Assembly (NCBI GenBank): GCA_051294375.1
Contig: CM119263.1
Location: 4,296,161 to 4,360,160, forward strand
From: Paraspadella gotoi
Lineage: Eukaryota; Animalia; Chaetognatha
DNA length: 64,000 nucleotides
Direction: 5' to 3'
Below the pieces are notes generated by a model, which ran no database searches, had not been told where the DNA came from, and saw nothing but the letters and a program-made list of their open reading frames with translations. Positions 54,753-64,000 of this stretch are shown here, piece by piece (within the stretch, counting starts at the first letter, position 1; the number at the start of each line of letters is the position of its first letter). A program made the translations under genes and the position numbers.

Positions 54753-57700
54753 TGTAAAGAATAGTCGTACGTTTACTGATAGCTGTATGCACTGCATAGT
54801 CGTCACTAGCGGCTGCTTACGCGCGTCGATATTTGTTTATTGAGTTTGCCTAGTTTACCGAAACCTTACACTACCGTTTTTGAGGCGCCGTAAGACGATT
54901 CGACGTTACGAAAGTTTTTTGAAACGATTATTTTGAGGAAACGTAAAAAAATCCCTAACTGCCCAAAATGTAAATGAAATTGTAAAATGTAATTCGACAT
55001 TGTAATTTGATAAATAATATTTCTGCAGAGTTTTGAACACTTCGCTCTCCGTCACTTAGCATCTCAATAAACTACTCTTCGTTGAACTCACGGGCATTTA
55101 ACATTTAGACAGATATTTTTGATAGGCTTTTGCTCAGTGGACATCGATTTCCATATTCAAACCTATTTAGCAGCCAAAGGGGGAAAATAAAACCATACTT
55201 AGAGCGTTGGAACGAATAGGGACTTTTGGCCCATGAATCCGGATTGAAATTTAACTATAACCTAGCTGATAGCAGCGGGGCTAGCTAGGATCGACGACGC
55301 TAATAGCCTCTCGGGCTCACGCGAAGTTTGAATTTTTTTTCGCGGTTTTTAATAAACGGGCCGGTTTTTCGAAACCTGGTGCTAACATTCGCCGCTGCAG
55401 CCGCCGCCGGACGCGAGGACGAGGGAACGCGGGCGTGCAGAAGTGAAGCTGTCGATCCCAGTTCCAGACATCACGGTCGTCGAAGTCACCAAAAAGTATG
55501 GAGGCCTATGCCTAACAGCGAATGGCGAGAGTGAGACTTCACGATAAAGAAGGGATATTTTTATGATTCGCGACCGCAAAACGAACGCGGGTTCGGGCGT
55601 TCCTACGAATTAAATCGAGGATTAAATAATTTCGTGGAAACTTACCACAAAGCGAAGGTCGATGCTACGGTTCAAGCGATCACAAATCTGACGGACGTGC
55701 GTGGCCGGTAACGCGCTTTTCGAAGAACTTCACATTTCATTGCCCGTGCACGCCATCATTCGAGACCGACCGCGTGCGTAAAGTTTATTAAATCCCGATT
55801 ATTCGAGCTTCCGTTCGCGCCAAATGTTAGGAATTGGTCCTGTTATTGTTTTGGTCCGCTGCCGAAAAACCGTTCCGGAAGTTTGAGCTGAGAAAGAAGG
55901 GAGGGAAATATTTCTGTACTGGGCCGCCGCGGATAGCCTGTTTTTTTCCGAAAACCCGCGTAACGATCCCCACCTGCCCGTTATGCACAGCAGTCCTCGT
56001 CCCACACGTCGAGGTGGCTGGAGACTTCGCCCGACTTTCCCGTGTCCACCCATTCGTTCGGAGAGATCGAAGGTCAGCATCCCGCTATCGATAAAAACAG
56101 TATCTCATGCTTCGTCCAAATCGTCTCGTGAACGGTCCGTCGAGGTTAGTACAACGATCTGGAAAAAATGAAAGGAAGAAAGAATGATATAGAAATGGAG
56201 GAAAGGAAAATTGAGTTAGCGGCGAGAAAAAGAAAAGAATCGAAAGGAGGAAAGAAAAAAGCGAGAAGAAAAGTTAAATCGTTTTTAAAAGAAGAGAAAT
56301 AGTGACGACGTGAAGACCTGTTTTCATGTAGATCCGTTACTATGCGGTCGACGAACGTCGAAACAAAAGCGGACGTGTCGACGACTGAATGCCGAGACGC
56401 CGAAGAAATTCGTCGTAATGAACCGTCGCCGTGAGGAGCATCGTCAGGAGGAAGTGCCGTCTCACAGGAGCGCCGTCATGAGGAGCGCCGCCGCCGCGAG
56501 GAGTGCGCTTGGAAGCGCGCCGCCTTGAGACGTCGCGTCGAGGAGCGTTCGCAGAAAATTCATGAAACCAAAGAGGTGAACCGTTTTGCACGCCGGTCGA
56601 TGATGATGCGGCATCAAGACTATACAACATTGTATGCCGCGGTAAGGGGCCGGAGACAGAAAGGGAAAAGCGAAGTCCAAGGTCGAAGTTTTTTCTTAAC
56701 GTTTCCAAGAGTGGGGAGAAAATGATCGAATTCTCGCGCCGCGCCGATAGTAACGCCGCCGGGGGTACCCGCCGCCTTACGTTCCGTTAGCCGCGCCGAA
56801 ATCCGTACCGCCTCCCGTTCCGCCGCCCGTACAGCCGTTCGTGCTTTCCGTCAATCCAGTTTAAAAGCGAGTGAGCCGCCGGCTCGCCCCCCGCCGCCGC
56901 CGCCGCCGCCGCCGCCGCGTCCTGAGTTAACAAGAAAAAGCTGTTGAGCCGCATGTCGCGCGGTTATCAGAAACGCCGTCGTCCGTTTATCGGATTTATC
57001 ACACCGCCGCATAGTCTTGTAATTGTTCTTGTAAACTGAGAGATCTTCCAAGTAGTGCTGCTGCCGTCGTCGACAGGTAGGCCGCCGGAGGAGGATCGTG
57101 AATCTGAAAGGAAAGGAAACGGAGAAAAAGGTTGAGAGGATGCGTAACTCAGCTTTGTATCTTACAAACGCAACAACAGGCATTAAGTTTGATTAGGCAG
57201 AACGTCCCCAAGTTAAGTTTAACCGGTAAAGACGCAGAGTGGATTTTCGGAGTCGCAAATGAATTCATTTGAGTCCGTTGATCGTATCGGCCGGGGTACA
57301 AGATGAGATCTTAATGTCTGAGTTAAAAGAATAATTTCGACGGAGACGCCGGAATAATTGTTTCAGCAATATGAAGGCTTCGGCGACATAAAGGAGCCCT
57401 GGAAAAAGGTCCAAAAAAGTTTTAACGATTGAGTTCGGTCGTAGAATTTCACAGCGAGGCAAATGTTGAGGATTTATTAAAAAGGCCCGAAAATCTCGGA
57501 TTCGAGATCACGCGGGAGCGAGAACCTTTATTCTCGAGATGGAAAAGTTTCACAGTTCGCGCCGTCCGAACAAAATCGTGCCGACCACTTTTTCTACGCA
57601 AGAAACATACACTGAAGGTCATTTCAAAAAAAATTGCGTTTTAGCCGGTCCGGTTTTCCGAAGAGAATGATTCGACATGAGATGTGCAGTTTTGAAAGAG

Positions 57701-60700
57701 AATAGAGAAGGAAATCTCGAAATGGATTTTCGCGGAAGAATTTATTGAACTCGTGAAAGATTGACGAAGATGAGCGAAAGAAAGGAAGCTGTTGAACAAA
57801 CAACGTAAAATAATGGGAAACGAGAGAGTGAGTGAGAATGATACAAATGAGCGCACGCACGTACGGTATCACAGAACAATGTGTCCGTCCGACGCCGCCA
57901 CGACCACGAAAGCAAAAGCCGTCGGCGCGAGTCAAAGCGTTCCAAACCAAACTCAGATCCAAGCACACACGTTCACCACCGAGAGGGCAGCGAAAGTCTA
58001 AGTGGTGATTTTTGGCGAAAAAGCACATTTTAAACCGGAGTATTTATAAAATTTCTGAGCTGGACGAAGACTCGAGATCCGGCTTGATAGGGAGAAAGGC
58101 CTGTGCATGTTATGTTTGGTCGAGGACATCAAGCGAGATCATGTTCGAACTTGATGGCTGCCAACGTGTGGACGTCGCGCCCATTCACGCATCCTCTGCA
58201 TCGTGAAGGCCGGCGATAGAGGAAAATTCTTCCTGCTAGCGGCCGCGGTATGGTGACGAACCGGCCGCGTTCAAACCAATAGTACCTGTTGTTGTAACGA
58301 AATGAGAATAAAATCTGTTGTTACATACGCTAATGTTAGACAGCGGAGCCACGAGATCGGCAATTTCACTTAGATTGCGGCGAGAATTATAATGTAAATA
58401 CTTATGCTGAATTTACAAATTTAACGGCACGTACAACAAAGTATCAAAAGCCTGGAGAGATTACACGACATTAGAATTTCGAATTTGGACGAACTTACGC
58501 CACGGAAATAAACAAATAGTTTTTAGTCGGCGACGTATTAACGACAGAGACCGACCGACCGACAAAATCACGAAATTGAAGATTACAATTACATAAGGAA
58601 GTGAGATTTGAGGAATTGGAAAGAAGATGCGGTTGAGATGTGATTCTCGACGGCCAGGTTGGCACATGTCTTGGGTCGGTGGAAGACAGGATCGGGCCGG
58701 AAGGGTTTCCCGTTGCACTAAAGAACGAAGTTTCGGATGACGACTGATCGAGCAAGTGACGAAACGAAAGTGGAGATCACGTAAGTTGTTTGTTCGACGT
58801 TGCCAGAGACGTAGAAACTGGCAATATTTGATCGCGAATATGTTTTCGTTATGATTTTCTGTTTGGAAGGGTCGAACTGTATCGTCGAGGTTCAACACGC
58901 GTCTCCGTGCAAGATGGATTTCGCGATTGAGCAGCTTGAGAGAGAAAATTTATTTCAATGAGTCAACGGCATTATGTCGCGCCATCGCCATGGAAAAACA
59001 CGGAAGGAAAAAACCGCTTGAGATGTTCGCGAAGATGAAAAAGAAGTTACGAAGAGCGCAGAGAACAGAGCGAGGAAGTTCGGGCAAATAAAATGAGAAA
59101 AGATCGGTGGTGCTTGAAGGGGTGTTAAAGACGATGAGGAAACCATAAGGTTTGGGTCATGTAAAGAAAAAGCTAAAGTTGAGAATCCGTTCGCTGATTT
59201 GCCCGTGTTTTTTCGCGCCGTTACCTCGTCGTTACAAGCGGGACAAGAACCGGCAAAATTTCGTATTTGCCCAGGTGCGTTGTCGAAAGTCAAAGGAAAG
59301 TGTTTAAATGATTTTTTGATACGCTGTACCCGATAACCTTACACTTTAGTCGGCATGTTGTTAAAATTTCGCCGAAAAAAGGTACAGCTATTCCGGAGAT
59401 ATTAAAGGATTTTTTCACCAAGTTGAGCTTCATCCAAAAGACGTGCCGCGTTTCAGGTACCATTGGTACAAGGATAAGTCGATGAGGGAATTGGAGGTGC
59501 GCGAGCCGCTCGTGCCACGGTGTTCGGTGGCGGCCGGAAGCCCAGGTATAGACAGACTTTCCGTGGTGCAATATCATGGTATAGAGACTGAGTTCAAAAG
59601 AAAGATTTTTTCGCCGGAGGTGATAGCGGCGTTTTTCTTGAAAGTAATACGTCGATGATTTTTTTGATTCGTTGGACGGGATTAAGGCGGCAAGGAAGAT
59701 GAAAAGGACAATGACTGAGGGATGAGAAAGGGTGGATTTGAAACTGGAGAAATAGCAAGCATCGGACGAGAGAATTTTGTCGGACAGGCGGACGGCGAAC
59801 GAATGAAGACCAAAAGTGGTTGACGGCAGTCGCGGACGAAGAACTGGAAAGACGATTTTGGAAAGAATGGCCGAAAACGCGCTGCCGGAGGATCCGTCGA
59901 TACGCCAAATATGATTCGAAGGATTGGAGTCGCATTTAAAGACATTTGAAAAGTCGCCCATTGTTTTGTTTTGTTGTTAAGTCGCGTGCGCGAAGTAATC
60001 TTGACCAGGAAACTAAAAAGGGAAACATTAATTAGAAATAAGCGAGGGAAGGGCCACGTCAAATTTGTGACGAGGTCGAAAACTAGATACCAAATAAAGC
60101 ATTAACGAAAATAAAAAACAAAAAAAGAACTTACCTTTAAAAATTAACGACGGTAAATAGGATAAACGAGATCAACAAAAGTTTTAAGAGCGAAAATGAA
60201 AGTAAAACATATTGATCGAGAGAAAAGATAAAGTCCTATAGGATAGGCTAGTATTAAAATAGGAAAGCATACTAGCTAGATGCGGATTACTTATTAAATT
60301 TAATTTCAACCGTATTCGAAATAACATTAATTTTTGCTCATAACAAAAAAAAAAAAAAAAAAAAAAAGAAAAGAAAAAAAGAACATTATCTAAACAAACT
60401 AATTCTTGCAGTGCAAGAAAGGGGGAGAGAAATTCAGCGTAGTTTCGTCCGTCTCGAATGCACGCATGCAAATGCCCGCACACGCACGTAACACGCAGTA
60501 CACAGCCAAAACTCGTTCCAGACAAGATGAAGACGGAGACAACGAAAGACGGTACGGCAAAGCGTCAAGCAAAGCAAAGCGTAAAAGCAGAGCAGAACGT
60601 CATCAGCAAGCAGAACTAGGACGTCATCGAACAGAACAACAGCGTGCATCGAGCAGAGCATCATTCGCGGCGTCAGTCCGTAGCGCGTCGTCGGGCGCCG

Positions 60701-61562
60701 TGCGTGGAAAGAGAGACGAAACAAGGCCAGCCAAAGATTGTTGCACACTCCGTCGTCATGGGCGTCAAGAACTGTTGCTGACCCCATCAAGGGCCAATCA
60801 AAGACGTTCTAGTTCGTCGTCAAAGGACGTTGCAACGGGTCGTCAAGGTTGTGTCAACCCAAGATGCCAGCAGAATCCGGTCAAAGAAAGCAGAACGTTC
60901 ACTCGCGGGAGAATGGGCAACCGTTACGGGGGGAGCTCGTGCCATGGAGACGACGAAAGCCGGGCGCGGACTTGGGATACGGGGAAATATACTTTGGGGA
61001 TATGGGGGAAATGAACTTTGGGGAAAGGGGCAGTACGTCAAAGGAAAATACATTACTTCTTCAAATTGCAATGGGCGAAGATTTGATTTGTTTCTTGTAG
61101 CGACTATTAGTAGTTTAATTGTTTTTGGTCGAAGGGTCGACGGGGGAGTGTAAAGAATAGTCGTACGTTTATGAATAGCTGTATTGCACTGCATAGGTCG
61201 TATAGCGCTGCTTACGGCGTCGTCGATAATTTGTTATTTGAGTTAGCCTAGTTACTGAAACCTTCACTACCGTTTTGAGGCGCCGTAAGACGATTCGAGC
61301 GTTACCGAGTTTTTGAAACCGATTATTTTGAGAAAAACTGTAAAAATCCCTAACTGCCCAAAATGTAAGATGAAATTGTAAAATGTAATTCGACATTGTA
61401 TTTGATAAATAATAATTTCTGCAGATTTGAACACTTCGCTTCTGCCGTCACTTCACATCCTACCAATAAAACTACTCTCGTTGAAACTCAACGGGCATTT
61501 AACATTTAGACAGATATTTTTTGATTAGGCTTTTTGTAGTGGAAATTTCGATTTCAAATAAT
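54753..61562 (+). mobile_element. BEL/Pao LTR retrotransposon, copy 2 (LTRs 54753-55159 and 61149-61562)
   Basis: Every ORF from 44870 to 51712 recurs with identical translation at +9684, and the flanks are shared. Confidence 0.88.
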
Positions 61563-61681
61563 TCTCGCGTTCATCTTCGTGCGGCCGGTCCTGTCCAATT
61601 TCAATATATGTATTTCTCATCTCTCTCTTCTCGTCTCTCTCTCATCTCTCTCTCGTCTCGTCTCTCTCTCTCCTTCTCTCA

Positions 61682-61724
<43 letters not shown>

Positions 61725-62082
61725 ATCATCTCTCTCTCTCTCTGACTTCAGAAAATGTGGTTTTGTTTCCATACTCGCCTTCATTCTCGAATGACAATCG
61801 AAAATATTCATTTTGACTTTCGTCATTATCTTTTTTTATAACAATACAATTTTTTTTTGTATATCTGGCAGGAAAGCAGAGCTTCTCTCGTTGCTTGGTC
61901 AGAGGGAAGCTAATTTTTTTCTCGTTTATCCAACTAATAACGAAACTTTTTTTAAACTTTATTCTGCATAAATTTTTTTAAAAAATGTTCATTATTTACC
62001 AGTCAAAAAATAATTTTCTCCTTCGTTAATCACTTTTAGTTTTGGCTCTCTCATCCTTTGGCTTGAAAACAGCGTCACACCC

Positions 62083-62121
<39 letters not shown>

Positions 62122-62709
62122 AAGAGAGAGATAAGTCGACGACGACTTTTAGGAAAGTTCAGAGAATTTGCTTGGTCAGCTTCCATGTCTTCCAAACTTA
62201 TTCACCATCACCACAATCAACTGAACTCAACACATTGAACCCAATCTTCACTCACTAATAATTAAAAATTTTAATGATCAACCTAATAAGTAGAATCTTA
62301 TTAATTAGTCCTATTGATTACTATTGATTCATAATTAATCATTAAGCCTTGAAAATGATTAAAATTAAAATGCGTTAAAAACTGCTAAATACCTCGCTAG
62401 TCAAGAAACGGGAACCCATTCGAACGCCAGAGAATAGTAAAATGGTGCCCCTTAAGAACCTCGTGAGCCCCGGAATTTGGCATAATTCCACTTGTTTAAT
62501 GACGGAAAGGCAGGTCAGCCTGGGTGACAGAAATTTTTTGTCCTGAGAAGAAACTCACGGAAAACGAGGGGGAGAGAAGAGAGAGACAGAGGAGAAGAGA
62601 AAAAAGGAAGGTTCTTTCTCTTTGCAAGGCAAATTTTTTTCTTTCTTTTCTTTTCTTTTTGCGAAACGAGCGGGAGGGGAGAGAGTATATATATGAGAGA
62701 GAGAGAAGA

Positions 62710-62772
<63 letters not shown>

Positions 62773-63841
62773 AGAAGAGAGAGAGAGAGAAGAGAAGAAG
62801 AGAGAGAAAAAACCGGGGAGGGAGATAAACCCTGGAGAGACATGAAGTTCTCTTTGCATTTCTTATTCTTTAAATCTTTTTTTAAATCCTTTTTTCTTTT
62901 CCTTTCACTACTTTCTTCCTCTCTACTTCATTTCTCTTTCTTATCTTTTCAAAGTCAAAGTCTCGAGTTGAGATGAAGAAGTCAACCGTTGACGACGCCT
63001 TCTTCACACTCACACTCCACACTCTACACTCCACACTTCACACTCCACATTTCACAATCCACACTCCACACTCCAATTTCATACTCGTCACTCCTAACCT
63101 CAACCATATTTAAACCTACCATCCTGCCACAACCACCTATTGTGTCGCCTCGCTTAGATGATTGTCAGTTAAAGCAATTTGTGTCCTATGACATTTTGTT
63201 ATACATTTTGTTTGTGTTTCTTTTTAATTAGGGCATTTGAACTAATATTCCCAACCTAATCCTGAACCTGAACTCTGAGCCGAAACCCTAGCCCTAATTT
63301 CCAAACCGTAATCTCAAAAAACCCTAAACTCTACTACCCATCTTGATCCCTAACCTAATCATAAACCAATCTTTAACTTTAATCATTAACCTGATCCGTA
63401 AACCGATCCTTAACCCTAACCTGTTACTTAATCTCACCTAATTCGGAATTTAAGATAAAAGAAGGCGTTCTCGGATAAAAAGGCGAATATTATATATATA
63501 ATAATATATATATTATATATTCAATTGCATGAACATTCGAACTCGAAAATCGCAATTATCGTAATAGCTTCTCGTTCCACACTTTAAACTACCCATTTTC
63601 TCCACACCCCCCAAAACCACCACGAAACCACCTCTTTCCCACCACCCACTTCTTTTTAACGCCTTTGTTTGCTAGAACTAATTAGACGCAAACGTTCGTT
63701 AGCCTTCGTCTGAATTTACGGTGACAAGGAACGAGGTTTTCGCTTTGCATAGCAGAGGGGGGGGGGAGATGGGGGGAGAAAGAGCGATAATAAGCGTCGT
63801 ATCGCTGCGGTAAAAAGCGTCGGTAAAAAAGCGTCGGTCTA

Positions 63842-63924
<83 letters not shown>

Positions 63925-64000
63925 ATTAATCTCCCACAAACGAAGTCGAGGATTTATACTCCTCGGCATCTTTCGACAACAACAACAACTACCACTAGGA

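Overview
This is gappy, AT-rich eukaryotic DNA, probably from an invertebrate animal. It is full of (AG)n/(CT)n, (GAC)n and (AATG)n microsatellites and has about 11 N-gaps. Indel-rich stretches look like uncorrected long-read gap fill, so most short ORFs in the track are low-complexity artefacts. Recognisable content: (1) a probable spliced + strand gene for a cell-surface Ig-domain protein (about 9.4-18.2 kb); (2) in its first intron, a 5'-truncated Penelope-like (Naiad-type) reverse transcriptase, preceded by about 14 tandem copies of a 36-bp unit that also sits once at the element's 3' end next to a hammerhead-like fold; a second array of the same unit lies at 19.9-20.2 kb; (3) a >=7 kb insertion at a TTAA site (filled at 28941, empty at 38696) containing a 2.2-kb-arm inverted repeat, SINEs and diverged RRM-like exons; (4) a frameshifted BEL/Pao LTR retrotransposon (45069-51878) present as two apparently identical copies 9684 bp apart; (5) SINEs, MITEs with degenerate telomere-like cores, and minisatellites. 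The large direct duplications may be assembly or haplotype artefacts. All protein calls come from manual translation across frameshifts; no searches were run.
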